Below, piece by piece: positions 26,101 through 39,600 of a DNA stretch of 64,000 bases. The DNA is from Tubiluchus corallicola (taxonomy: Eukaryota; Animalia; Priapulida). The DNA is taken from contig JAQGDQ010000442.1 in NCBI GenBank assembly GCA_030141605.1, positions 124,001 to 188,000 of the forward strand. The letters are read 5' to 3'. Position 1 is the first letter of the stretch; each line of letters starts with the position of its first letter. The translations under genes were made by a program, and so were the position numbers. The notes below the pieces were generated by a model. It saw only the letters and a list, made by a program, of their open reading frames with translations, searched no databases and was not told the DNA's origin.

Positions 26101-28576
26101 CAGATAATGGATATTACATACTGGATGATAGATATTGGATACTGGATGCTGGATATTGAATGCTGGGTGCAGCATATTACATACCGAATACTATTGGATG
26201 CTGAACACTGAATACTGGATACTAGATATTAGATGCTGGATGCTGGATAATAAGTGCTGGGTTATGGATGCTGGACTTTGCATATTACATACTGGATGCT
26301 GGATACTGGCTTGCAGCATGTGAAAAATGCTTTTTACCCGAGTTTTAAGAACTAGTTCTAATCATGTCCAAATGATCAACATTGAGTACCTGTATTACAA
26401 TGCGTCAGCTACACTTGATCAGATGTACAACTTACACATATGACTTTTTTATTAATTATAGCTGTATTAAGTACAGTCTGTACATTTGATTTTCAGTACT
26501 TCATAACTACTGTAATGCTACAGGCTCATTTCTAAAGTTTAAGAAAGCAACTACTGTAAGAGGAAACATAGTCCACATAATGCATAGCTATCATGAAACT
26601 CTTATATCAGAAACTATCTGCAGTCAAAAGTTGCATTTCCTGAAATATACAATTTCTCATCATACAGTGATACCTCCGTTTTCGAACATCTCCGTACTCG
26701 TACAAATCGGTTTTCGACAGAAAATATTGGATAATGCGTACTGAACATTGAATGCTGGATACTGGATGCTAAATTGTCTCCGTTCTCGACAAGAATTTCG
26801 GTATTCGACAAACACGTGATGAACACATGCGTGGCGAGCCGAGCATAACCGACCGCGCCCGAGAGTAGTCACGCACAACATTTGAATCGCCTAACGTCGC
26901 TAAGTGCTTTCTATGCTTATTTTTTTTCCGCTTTTTCATGCAGGAACAAATATGTTTTTCTTTCTAAGTAATTCTATTGTTTTTCTTATCAATTGTATCA
27001 TATCATCTGTTTGAATAAACATTTTTGCATTATTATATTTCGTTTTAGTAATACTTTACAGTTCATTTGGTAATTGAGAATGGATTATTTGCTTTTACAA
27101 TATTTCTTATGGGAATAAATGATTCAGTTCTCAACCAAATCGGTTTTCAAACACTTCTTAGGAACGAATTATGGTCGAAAACAGAGGTATGAATGTATAT
27201 TATGTTGGCAAAATTATAACATATTCGATATATATTAATTAGAATATATAATAAATTATGTATAATAGGCTACAATGTTAATGATGTCCACAAGACCTAC
27301 TCAATTCAAATTGGAGATGAAATGATAAAGCAATCAAGCTGTCAATATTAAATCATGCACAGAGTACATGTCAACAAGTTCTACAGCTGGTCAGTAGTAG
27401 AACTACACTATTTGCAATCACTGAACTTTGGACCAATAGCACACTGACAGTTTTTGACATACAAAGTGCATCTAATCAGTAACTTATCACAATCCATCAC
27501 CAATATATTAAGACTTTATTAATTTTTATGTAAAAACAGTGACAATTGAATTTTGGAATAAGGAATAAATCATTGTTCAATACAAATTGTCCAAGCTTGT
27601 GTTAGACTGCTAAAACTATTAATTTACTAAATCACAGTGAATTTGTTCAAAAAAATATAACAAGCATCATGTAAGATAATGTTAACAGTCGATTAAATTT
27701 GCTGTTTATCAATACTGACTGAAAACTGTTAAATACTATGAAAACTATCATTCTTCCTTGACCATACCAGATGATATCACTAAACGTCATTTTATGATAT
27801 AATACGGTCATAAATTAAGAAGCATTAAAATTATGTCCATACTGTAGCTCAGTTAGTTTTAATGACAAATTCAAACGTTTCTGGCAAGTAAGCGGATATC
27901 ATTTTACCAAAAGAACAGACAAAGCGATAGACACTGATTAGGCCCATTTCTTTCACAGATTGCCAGTGATTATCATAAACCAGCGGTATGTGTTCGCTGC
28001 ACAGCGGACCTACTTAGTCAACGGTACTGACTATGCTAATACAGCAGCATGATCATTTAGCATTTACATTGCAAGAGCAGCTCAAATGCAGCATACCCTA
28101 TTTTCTATGAAGGAGATTGTGACTGACCCACAACCATACTTACAAACTGTTATTGCTGGATATTCGAAAACGTCTAACTTTATTAGCGGAACAATCTGAT
28201 TAAAGTAAACTATCAATAATTGTTATCACACAAAAAAATGTATAGCATCTGTACATAACAAGCACTCTTTAATAATTTTTCAATCTCTCTCTTCCCATTT
28301 TAGTAAATTAATTAAATCTACACCTTATAAGTGTCACTTGCTGGTCAAACAATGATTACCTTGTTTTATCACCTTGTCTCTTTCATTCTGATCAATGACA
28401 AGTGGTTTCGGAGGACGCACAGAACCAACGCGAAATGGAGTTCTTGCAGGTTCGGTATCATACATAAGTAACGCAAGTAAACCAATAAACACTGCTATCA
28501 GCAGAAGTGCTAGTAACAGAGGCCAATTATCGTCTACAAACGTATACAACATGTCAAACAATTTAAAAACGGACAT
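11179..28576 (-). CDS. RETSAT: All-trans-retinol 13,14-reductase (retinol saturase)-like, paralogue A, 634 aa
   Basis: 12 phase-consistent exons (5'->3'): 28360-28576, 25256-25438, 24456-24565, 23397-23531, 21971-22172, 20636-20830, 18698-18817, 17081-17206, 16070-16201, 13671-13837, 12113-12275, 11179-11333. N-terminal hydrophobic anchor, [14 protein letters not shown] motif, [58 protein letters not shown]; ends KKTQ. Confidence 0.94.
14552..14810 (-). mobile_element. Partial inverted copy of the MITE at 26665-27195
   Basis: Reverse complement aligns over ~250 bp with ~26940-27195. Confidence 0.75.
15263..15923 (-). mobile_element. hAT (Charlie/Buster-like) internal-deletion derivative with transposase C-terminal remnant
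   Basis: TIR CAGTGGTTCCCAACC; TSD TCATAGAT/TCATAGAC; minus strand reads [50 protein letters not shown]. Confidence 0.9.
17360..17515. repeat. ~78-bp direct duplication
   Basis: Two copies of CACAG.TGAAATAA.CCAGCAAAAA.CTGAAG.TATTACTATTAAGTTCATG...AAAATTTTTCA. Confidence 0.85.
17810..18478. repeat. 26-bp minisatellite (TACGTAATTTTCTAAGTACGTCATAG), ~26 units
   Basis: Tandem units; many variants are CG->TG/CA. Confidence 0.96.
19660..19805 (+). mobile_element. LINE (CR1/L2-like) 3' end with stem-loop and (TTAC)n tail
   Basis: GGGGTGG..TGACC..GGTCTTTTCGACACCCC hairpin, AATAAA, then microsatellite tail; related copies at ~13110-13240 (-), ~23895-24030 (+), ~60730-60790 (-). Confidence 0.5.
19810..20040 (+). 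repeat. Dispersed repeat, similar to ~49385-49605
   Basis: Shared AAAATGTTATCTAA...CTAACGGTCATCGC.GGAGTTTAAATTTAC...TGTAAGTGA.ATAAAATTT. Confidence 0.7.
20253..20575. mobile_element. Older hAT-type MITE
   Basis: CAGTGGTTTCCAA / TTGAGAACCACTG termini; degenerate TSD CTGTATGG/CTGCATAG. Confidence 0.6.
22257..23041. mobile_element. piggyBac-type MITE containing a fold-back
   Basis: TTAA TSD, TIRs CCCTTTCACTA / TAGAGAAAGGG. Confidence 0.75.
25060..25232. repeat. Degenerate 7-bp (CTGGATR/CTGAATR) array
   Basis: Heptamer periodicity next to RETSAT-A exon 2. Confidence 0.8.
25795..26312. repeat. Degenerate 7-bp (CTGGATR/CTGAATR) array
   Basis: Same heptamer family as 25060-25232. Confidence 0.85.
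26665..27195. mobile_element. Tc1/pogo (Tigger-like) MITE
   Basis: TA-flanked; imperfect TIRs CAGTGATACCTCCGTTTTCGA / TCGAAAACAGAGGTATGAATG. Confidence 0.75.
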
Positions 28577-29740
28577 TTCGTTTTAATAATTCTAGCAAGA
28601 CGTAAGCTCTACGGATCCAGCGCCAACATTCACTACTGTACCACCAATCTACACTACCTAGCTCACCGCGAGACGAGTTTATTGCAGTACAAAGTTGCAA
28701 ACCTGATAGCGCAGAACGCATACCAAGACAATATATAACATCGCACGTAGATAAATGCATATGGTCAGTCAGAGATACAGGAAAGATAATAATAATAATA
28801 ATAATAATAATTAGCACAAGGCACAATGTATCAAGACACATTGATCTGGAGTAATCAAACACGGACTTGAGAAACTGTCATATCGAATTATAGATCATTT
28901 AGTAACAATGTAAAATGTTTTTGATTGACATCTGTAGAGTAGCAGCATAATACTGATTCTATCAGTATTGCTCTCTTTTTCTTTCTTTCTTTTTTAAAGT
29001 ATTTTGCATTTTTTAATATGTTCTGCATGAAAGTATAATTTTGTTTTCACGAATATTTGTTAAAAAAGAACGCTAATGATTTAAATAATTCTAATTTGGA
29101 AATTTGACATTTGTTTTGAATAAAATTTTGTCAGAAGTAAAACATGGACACTGTTGATTTAGATAATTATATATAAATGTTTATCAAATCTCTCATTAAT
29201 AATTTATTTTCTTGTACATTATGTGAGTTATTACAATACATATAATATACAGTTTATATATTATTATAAATGTTATTATTATATTATAATATTATTATTT
29301 GCATGAAATTTGAAATAATTCCGTTGCTTGGTTCTTTTTATCTTTTATTGCTTGCTTGCATTATTGCAATTGCAATTTCATTTTCATTTGTTTTTTATGT
29401 TGGCGTTATATCGATTTGTTATGATTTTGCTTGCTTAAAATTCGTTTTAGTTAAGTTTCATTTTATAAATATTCTCAAGTATACAACTGTCTTAATTTTT
29501 TTACTTGGCATTTTTTATAAAGTTAATAACCATCATAATAGTACTATTGTAAATTAATCATCAGAGCATAGGATGACAGCAATGATGATGGCGTTTTTTC
29601 CATTCTGTCTTGGAAATTATATTTGAACATCGTTGTGATTTGTGTACATGACCTGTAGAGACAAGACGACAAAGAGAGGGAGAGGGAGAGGGAGAGACAG
29701 GATTGAGAGAAAAAGAGAGAGAAAGAGTGAGGGAGAACAA

Positions 29741-30064
<324 letters not shown>

Positions 30065-30664
30065 GCTAGAGAGAGAGGGGGGAGAGAAGAGAAAGGGGGA
30101 GCGAGAGAAAGAAAAAAGGGGGAAACTAGAGAAAAATGAAGAGAAAGGACTGTGCAAAATTAAGCAGTAACCATAACTGAAATGACATGCGAGTGAACAG
30201 TTATGAAGAAGTCAATTTGAAAAGCTCGCTGGATTTTGCTATAGTTGGGAGCGGAACTGATGTCGTATCCTACAATCGTGATGATCAAGGATTAAGATCA
30301 TTTGTCTTCTAGGGTGTGTTCTGCAATCACAAGCTGATGGTACATTTTTATAGTCAACATCATCAGTTTCTGCATCGAACTAGGTTGCGTCAACGCATGT
30401 ACATGGATGAAGAAATTCAAAAGAAATGTAAAAAAAATATGTGATATATGAGACTCAGAAAAGTTCGCACATAGTAAACCATTACTCTAAGTCTACATAA
30501 TGAAGGACCACAGCAATAAGCGTTAGAACAATAAAACAAAAACTTTCACTTTCTTTTGCCTTGTTTTATTATTCTAACTTTCTAACTCTATAATCGCCGT
30601 GGTCGTTCGTTATGTAGACTTGGCGTATGTTAGTCAAGATTGGCTATTTTGTTGCAGCGCAATT

Positions 30665-33600
30665 ATGGCTGCTGCACTAAAACTTTTGAGTTTTTTTGCA
30701 TCGATATTTGATAGCATACCTTTGTTTTTCTTAATATTATTGACGTTGGTTATTGGTGTATTATTTTGGATTTACTACAGAGCAACAACAGGAATATATT
30801 CTTTAACTAATATTAAAAATCCAGCTGAATTTGTCGCTGATCAACGTCTGCGGGATAAGGTGCTTAAACAAGGTAAATTAGGTTGTATGACGCGGAGTAC
30901 GCCGCTAGGCGAAGCAGAACACTTCCGTTAAAGCGCTTGTCCTAAATTTGCGGAAAAACAGTGTTTTACATGGGCAGCCTAAGTAGAGCTCTGGCGATTT
31001 CCGCCGAGAATCGAGAATTATGACATAATAAAAAAAAACTCGGGCACTGTAGCTCGCTGGCCCGTTTACTATTTGTCCAAGAAGTAGTGAAACGTATCAT
31101 CTGTCTGTGCAGCGAGACAATAAAAAATGATATACCTTAAGCAAATGTTGGAATTGCCTAAAAAGCTTATTTTACTTCATAAAGATTAATATCGAAGCCA
31201 AATTTAGTATTGCCTATTGGCCATTCTACTAGCTCAGAATAAAATTCTTTTGTTTTATCAGATGTATAATAAATTATTCAACATGTATTGAATAATTTTC
31301 AACGTTTTCAATCATTATTATTAAATAAACATTGGCAATTGATGCTGCCAGTAGGGTTAACGACTCGATTTGTGACTTGTCTGTAGTGTCCTACTTGGGC
31401 AACCCATGTACGACGCGCCCTACTTTGGCTAGCTCATGTACGATGTGTCCTACTTGGGCTAGCCCATGTACGACGCGTCCTACTTGGGCTCGCCCTGTAT
31501 GCCAATTGTCTTACTTTGGCTAGTGTCCTACTCTGCTCCCAACAAGGTAACTTGAGAGTTGTTATAAAACATTTACTTTCTCTAAAAAGCGGATTTCAGT
31601 ATTATGAGATTTCGTTATTTCAGTATTTTTGTCGTTTTGTTTCAGGTTTTGCTACCAAGAAGTTGCCAAGCAATTTAGATGCTATAGTGATTGGCAGCGG
31701 TGTCGGAGGATTAACCACCGCTGCATTCTTAGCGAAGCATGGAAAGCGAGTTCTAGTCTTGGAACAGCATGACCAAGCTGGTGGTTGTTGTCACACATTC
31801 ATCGAAAATGGCTATGAGTTTGATGTTGGTGCGTGAAGTTTTACTCTTTAGAGCGATGTTATGGGATGAAAAAAACTTGCTTTGAACGATTAGTAGGACG
31901 GAACTATTGGTTTTAATTCCCCTTTGGTTCTGTGAAAGTTTCCCCGATTCTTTGCAGTTGTCATGAAACTATCTACAAGACTGTTAAATACAAAACCATG
32001 TGTAAAATCGTGCCTATAATTTATAAAATGGTTTGTACAATATTTTGGAACAATAACTTTATGATCATTTTCTTAGTGAATCTCCAAATTAACGATTTGT
32101 CATTTAGTTTTTCTAAAATCATAATCGTTGAGTGTATCTATACTGCACCCCACCACATTATTAGAAGTGTTGAAATTGCATCAAAATGGAATTTATTGCC
32201 GACTAGTTTTGAACAAACTGTTCATTGTCAAGGCATCTAAAACAAAGAAATTTAACAGTCAGTACCATTCAGTAGTTAGATAGACAAGAGGTATATGATA
32301 TAACATTATATAGATAATTTAACAATTCCTTACAGATTACATATCTTGATTGGTATGAAATTATTCTACTCTCTACAAACAAACAAACAAATATGTTAGT
32401 AGTTATATTTTGATGTAGTTACCTCTATTTGCCATATATGGATAATTCAAGTGTTGAAATTGATTGAACTTTGCTGTCATAGAAAGCAATAACAATATTT
32501 TGTCATTTTTAAAACTCTGTTTCAGTCCAATACTGGTTATGTTCGTAACTACTGTGGTTTTAATTAAATCTAGTTGTTTTTGTGTACATTTACCTTTTCG
32601 TTTGCTATTTAGGCATACATTATGTAGGAGAAATGGCACCGGGAACTCAAAACTTTGAAATGCTTAATCAGTTGACCAATGGACAGTTGGTGTGGACAAA
32701 ACTGAGCAAAGATTTCGATTCGGTAACTTTTGTAGTTTATCTTTTATGAACTATGTATTAATGCAGGCGTGGTTGCATTTTGTTACGGTATTTGATGAAA
32801 ACTTTGAAACTATACTGTCATTGAATTTGCATGTTATATAGCTGTGTATTGTTTGTGCAGATTTTCATGTTTATGGTAAGAGAAAATAAATTTTACTAAT
32901 TGCTGAAAAACTATTTATAAACCTAGTTACTAGTTGTACTTTGCTTGTATATTATTGATTTCCAGATATTCAAACTGAAATCTTATTTATTCATTCATTT
33001 ACCAATCTATTTATTCCTTCATTTTTTATCTATTTTTGTTTTTCTTTTTATTTTAATTTTCTTTTTATTTTAATATTGACTGTTAAAGCTACCAGTTTGT
33101 GCAGAGTGAGGTTTTTTTGCATTGCTATTGAAAGCTGTGTTATCATGAAACTATCTGAAATTTGAACTATGTGGGTGTAGGATTAATGGTGGAGTGATTG
33201 CTGTGTGTGCTTAGGCTTAGCAGTACAAGTTAAGCAATGCTGAGCCTAATACGCAACCGGTGGGTGATTTTCTTGTTTAATGTAAGAAAGTGTCATCATC
33301 AAGTGTGTGAAAAACGATACAGTATTGATTAATTGATCATCAAGTTGTTTCTTCTCTAATTAATGAAATGAAAAAAATGATAAAATGATGAATACCAGCT
33401 AGTTGTACTGCAAAATTCAGATAATAACAAAACTGAAATAAAAGAGAAGAAATATAGGTGAACAAAATATAAAATGAAAATTATGTAATGAGATTTCGTA
33501 TTGTAGCTACGATGATATGTTTTCATAAATACTTTCCTTAGTTGTGAATAGAAAAAGTAAAGTTATGCAGTATAACAAAAACTATTGTTTGGCATTATAT

Positions 33601-36600
33601 TGTTAATTAATTAGCACAAGCAGAAATGATAAAATTGATTCGTAAGATTTATTCAATAAATCACCAATAACAACAGCTTACTAAGGCGTCATTATAATAA
33701 TTCATTTAGCAATTAAAAACATAAACAAGTTGTTTTTGTCGCAGTTTAGATATTGTTTTAGTGTTTACATATTTTGTTGTTTTTCTTACCGTCTTGTAGG
33801 TGGTACTTGGACGGCAACGTATTCCAATTTGCTCACCAAAGTGCGAATTCAAGAAGCAGCTGCTTGAAAGATTTCCTGCTGAAAAAGATGCCATCGAAAG
33901 ATTTTGTCGCTACCTAGGTGTAAGTATAACTGCACAATGGAAAATTGGAAAGCAGTTATTGCGACATAGTCCTCTCTCATATTTGAATCAGTCGCTTTTA
34001 TAATAACCATAATATATAGCAAAAGTGGGAGGTGAACATATTTGCTAAAACATTTATGTTGCTGTTGTCTTTTTAATACTAATGCTTGCAACATTCTGTA
34101 TAAGCTTTTTAAAGACAGTTAATGTACCACAGTTCACGACCAGAATTTCGAAGCGAATCCTAGAATCCATTCGCCTAAACATTCGCACCAATGCCTGTTA
34201 TTGGGATTCACACAGACTTTACCTAAGTGTTAAAAAAATAAAGATAATATTCTCACTAATCGGCCTCTTACACCTTTTGCCTTGTGCTAGCACACATGCT
34301 GATATATTGTTCTTATGAATTTACAATGTTACTTCCCAAGTGTCTTTGGTGCGCTGTTTTTCATTCAGTGTTGCATAGAGAAATCATAGGGTATCTGTGC
34401 TCGTTGCGAAGCCAGCAAGACCACAAATGTGTGTCCAGAGTGTATGAAGTTTGATAGCGGTCGATTTGTCAAATTACCACTAAAATTTTGCGTAAATATA
34501 GAGCAATTCTTGTTTCACATACTTGCGATACATTTTTTGATGAAGGAAATGACGATTTTGGTTCAATGACAAAGAGAATAATTAACAAAATACCTAATTG
34601 GCTTGGAGACTGAATCAAGAAAGTTAGGTCTCGTTGTAAAAAAGATGCTAGCACTAATAGTGATTAATTCTTATAATAATCCAACTTTAATTGAAATTCA
34701 ATCTTTGCTGTTTCAGTAATTATAATTCATCGTACTTGAACTATATAATTTTGACCTCGATTCTCTGGATTCTCGTAAAATGTCACGGCGAGAATCAGCT
34801 TAGATTTTGGCGAAATATAACAAAATTCTGGCCATGTAATTATATAGACAGGTACCCTTAAACATGTCCTGAATTAGTGGGATACAGTTTGATAGGGGTT
34901 TAGAGATGCTTCGCCGTATTTTGTATTCTGTTACGGATTCTGATAGACGGTGGTTAGTGATAGTCGGCAGTTTGTAATGGTGTGGCAGGATTGACGGAGA
35001 AGTGGCATGGAGACGTGCTGTGGTGCAGATTCATGACAAGTTGAGGCTGAGAGGGTTGCAGTGGTTTCGTCACGTAGCGAGGGCAGAGGAAGGGAATTCG
35101 CTGGGGGAGGTGGGAAGGGAAGGGAAAGACATCGTGGAAAGGGTGTGTGTAGGATAGCTTGAGGTTCGATGAGAAAGGAAGGAGATGGTACAGGATAAAG
35201 TGTTCTGACTGTCCGTCTGACCTCTCAGTGAGAAGATGAAGGCATATAAGTGAAAATGATAACAAAATAAATGAATATTAAAGGCTGCTTAAGATTATGC
35301 TGTATTTTTTCAGAGGATTGCTATACAAGGCTACGGATTAGCTTTGCCAAAGTTTCTGCCATTGACAGCTGCCAAGTTTCTACTAAAAACCGGCATTCTT
35401 AGATGGCTTACTAGGTATGTTGTCATCAAGTTTTATCTAACTACACAAGTTAATTCTTAGTGTGGTTATGATAAATGTATAGCTTTTTGTTGTGCTAGAG
35501 TAAAAAATCCTTCAGATAGATAGAGGGGTTTATCCTAGTTCATCCAAAGAATGTGACCTCTGCTTATCCTCAGTGATTCTCATCTTCAACTTCTTGGGAT
35601 GTCGAAACTCCCAGTAAACAAAGCCATCCTTTTCGGTGGCTTCATTATGACAAATAACAACAAAACAGGTGACAATCTGTAAGTAATTTATTTATATTTC
35701 CATTATTGCGGTTGTCAAATCTGAAAATGTGGTATTTATCGCTATTTTTGCCTAATAAATTTAATTTGAAAAATTCTTTGAAAATTGGTAAAGTCTGCCT
35801 GTTTGTGGTGTGTAGTTCTAGACATAATTTGTTGTCAATGTTAAATTACATATTAAAAATACTATTGTAGATACACAAGTTTTGTTGGTGTACAATAATT
35901 AACTAAGTGTTAGTTCCATATTTTAAACTTTTTAACACTGGAAACTTGAATTTTGTCCTGTTTGTACTTGCCTTCTAAATGAGCAGTGTTTTTGTTTATC
36001 TTGCGGAAAACTGACCATCTTATTATTCGTAGTTGTTAAGATTTTCTTTTATTTTTGTGAAGTTAATAACTCACTATATGCTAACTTTCTACAGTATTTT
36101 TCTGTTAAATTTTTAATTTTTGTTAATTTATTAAAGAAATTCAAACTTCAAATGTTTAACTTTGTTCATGCAATATTACCAAGCTTTTCATTAGTAAATA
36201 TTTAAGTTTTTGCAATTGTTGTTTCTATGCGTGTGTGCATCTGGCTATTCTGTATGTTAAAACTCATTCTTCACAACTCTAGCTTTTACGCATACAATGA
36301 CATGAATCTTCTGGACACGGTCAAGCAGTTGACCAATGACCCATGCCTGCAGGCCATCATGTGCTACAATTTTGGTGATTACGGTGAGATGACACATGCT
36401 ATTTACTAATAAGCATGTTCGCTAGTTCAGCACGGTGCATGTTGGGCAGGCAAACTAGAAATTAACTCGAACTGCACGACGTCCTTGGTGTACTGTTGCA
36501 ACTTACCATAAGTTTTTATTTGTTAATAAATTACCTTAAATTATAAACGTGACGCTTATTACGAACTAACCATGTCACCAGGGGCCAGTAGTGTTGTGGA

Positions 36601-39600
36601 ACACAAGATGCTTCATTATTCCTGCTTATTAACCTCTCACAAATAAGTAAATATAACATGCAGACTCATGTCTAGTTCTGAGTAACAGAGCCTGTTTAAT
36701 GTGGCCAGTTGTGCAATGACTGGAATCTGTCCTATCAGGGACAATCTTCTGAGAGACTGAACCAGCAGAGGTGTCTCTGTCATTTTAGAATGTGAGTACA
36801 TCCTCCGTCAAAGAAGAGGATGTGATTTTGCCATATTTTTGTTTGGAATTCAGGTGTTTGATTGGCAGTGGATTGTACATATGATAATTGTACTTCTTGC
36901 TGTACATACTAACGTGCCACTTGGTGTAAAGTATAGAATTCAGTACAGCAGGCATACTTCTGCATTGTTTTTTTAAATTTGTTTATAATGAGTAGAGACG
37001 TTTTTGGAATGCTTGCAATAAATATTGTGCCTTGATAACTCATTAACATGCATTTTAATTTTTGTTAACTTTTTAGTTTGTTAACAAAAATCACCAATGT
37101 AGATTTCTAGGTCTAGATAACAAATTAGATTTATTGTATATTTTATGTAGATGTGCTTGGTTTGTTATGATTGTTAATTGATAACATTTTAGCTAACCTG
37201 TTTTCGCTATAATTGTGTTTGAATATTATTTTCAGATTTAAGTACTAATTATGAATTACAGTTTACGCTAACAAGTTAAATTGCTTTCACTAAGTTACTT
37301 TTGCAGGCACCAAATAACTTGTTGTTTAGTTAGCTATTTAACAAGCTTAGCTACTGTTATAGGCAACGTGTTTCAATATTTTAAAGTTATGGCGATCTGG
37401 ACTAATCATTACGTTTACCAGGTTATGTACGTTTTGTAACACTTTTACCTCCACAGACTCTGGAAGCTCAATACATAATTTTATACCACATGCTGCATGC
37501 ATTTCACAATTCACGTTCATTTTAATGATTGTCATTTGTGCATGCTACACATGTGCGTTGTGATCACAAGTTGTGCATGCTACACATGTGCGTTGTGATC
37601 ACAATTTGTCCATGCTACACATGTGCGTTGTGATCACAATTTGTCCACGCTACACATGTGCGTTGTGATCACAAATGTCAAGAGTTTTTTTAATTCAGAA
37701 AGAATTTGTAATTTGTCTCTTATAAGTGAGTTAAAGGCATTTCTTAATGTTGATGTTCAAGCCTTTTTATTCACGTCTTAAATGTGCCTCTTGTTTAAAT
37801 TGTAAATTTCCAACAAATGACACTGTGTGTGCTCGTGCGTGCATGTATTCAAAATATAGTAACATGTTACTAGTAGCGGATATGTGGTTCTGATTAATGT
37901 GTGTTACTAGGATAAGAATTCAGACCACCTTTGCTATGCTAGGCCATTAACTTAAATGGTTAGTTCAACCTGTCGTGTAAGCAGGGAGGTGCTGGGGTCG
38001 AATTCTGGTTGATACACAATTTTTAATGCTTCCTTCTTGAAAAAATCAGCAGTTAGGGTAATTGTTGTAAGCATGCTTTGTTTATTCATGTGTTTTTGTC
38101 GTAGAAAGTGTCTGTGTGAGCATGGGCGCCAGTGTAAGAATGAATGGCATGCAGTTCAGTAATTGTTGTGTCATTTTTCTGCTAGCAGACATTGTGATCT
38201 ATAGTAGTAAGCTCAATTCACTTTCACGATGTAATATTTCTCACTTGTAGGTGCATTGCCAAGTGAAAGTAGCTTTGGCATGCAGTGTTTGATTCTGAAT
38301 CATTTCTTGATGTTCGGTGCTTTTTACCCACGAGGTGGAGCCAGCGAGGTTGCTTTCCATCTTATACCAACTATTGAAGAAGCTGGAGGGCGAGTTTTGG
38401 TGCGAGCACCTGTGACGCAAATACTGGTCAATGCAAAAGGCGAAGCTGAGGGTGAGAGGAAGGCCTTTGTTTATTTCAAAAGCAGGATCTGTTTTTGTAT
38501 TTCTTCATTCAAAAATGTATTGTCTGCCTGCTATTCAGTGAGTTTTCTTAGATCAGTGATTCAAAAGCTAAGAGACACTTGACTCCCAGGAGAGCAATCC
38601 TAAGGGGAGGAATTTTTGCCAGGGGAAGCATTGGCAAGGAATTTAAACATTAGGTTTAACTCTATTTTGGGGAAAGAATATGTCTGGTGCAATGTGTCTG
38701 TCAGTTGAAATACTAGTACACAGTGTTGGTATCTCTGCATTCGGCTAATAAGAAGGTTAAAATGGAAGCTTTCTTTGTTATTGTCAACTTTTTCTGAGAA
38801 GTTTGAACATTGTTAGAGCATGTAGGAACTAATACTGAATTGCAAATCAAAACAAAAAAAAAATGATCATGCGTAATTGTGAGATTATGATATTTTAGAC
38901 TTGTGTTATTTATGACAATGATACTTATTATTGTATTTATTAGGTGTTCGTGTAAGAAAGGGTGACAGTGACATAGATATACATGCACCTATAATCGTAT
39001 CTACTGCTGGAGTGACGAACACATTTAACCGCTTGTTGCCAGAAGAGATCGCAGAGAAGTCAGGTAAAAAGGAACTACTGTTAGTAGAATGATCTACCAA
39101 AAAATTAATCTAAACTGAAAGTGCTACAAAATGATGCAAATTTTGTCAAGTAGTTTTTTTGTCAAATGAAGAAGTTTAATAAATTCGCAGCAAATTTGTT
39201 AGTTTAAATGTTTCTGCTGCATACCTTAAGATCTGTGAGTTAGGCTAATTAACATTGGCATGTCCAGGTTATTTTTTAAAATTTTTCAAACAACCAGTAT
39301 ACTTACAAAAAACAATAATTGAGGATTTCTTCACAACTTCCGGAGTCAAGCAGTTAAGTCACGTAAATGTCCTATACTAACTCATGGAGGTTGGTTGCTA
39401 AATTTGGCTGAACATTGCAGAGAGTATATAGGGAGCTTATAGACAGAATAAAGAATGTTGGTCAGTTACGTAAAGGATATAATCGGTCTAGTTATATTAG
39501 GTTTGAGTATGTCTGGTATTAGTTATTGTACATATTATAATTATTTTGAACTGCAGTTACGTCCACCTTATTATCTTAGTGACACAACATTGCCATGACA

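Noticed and set aside
37942-38010. Functional tRNA gene
   Set aside because: A and B boxes are degenerate and the stems do not pair; at most a SINE relic.
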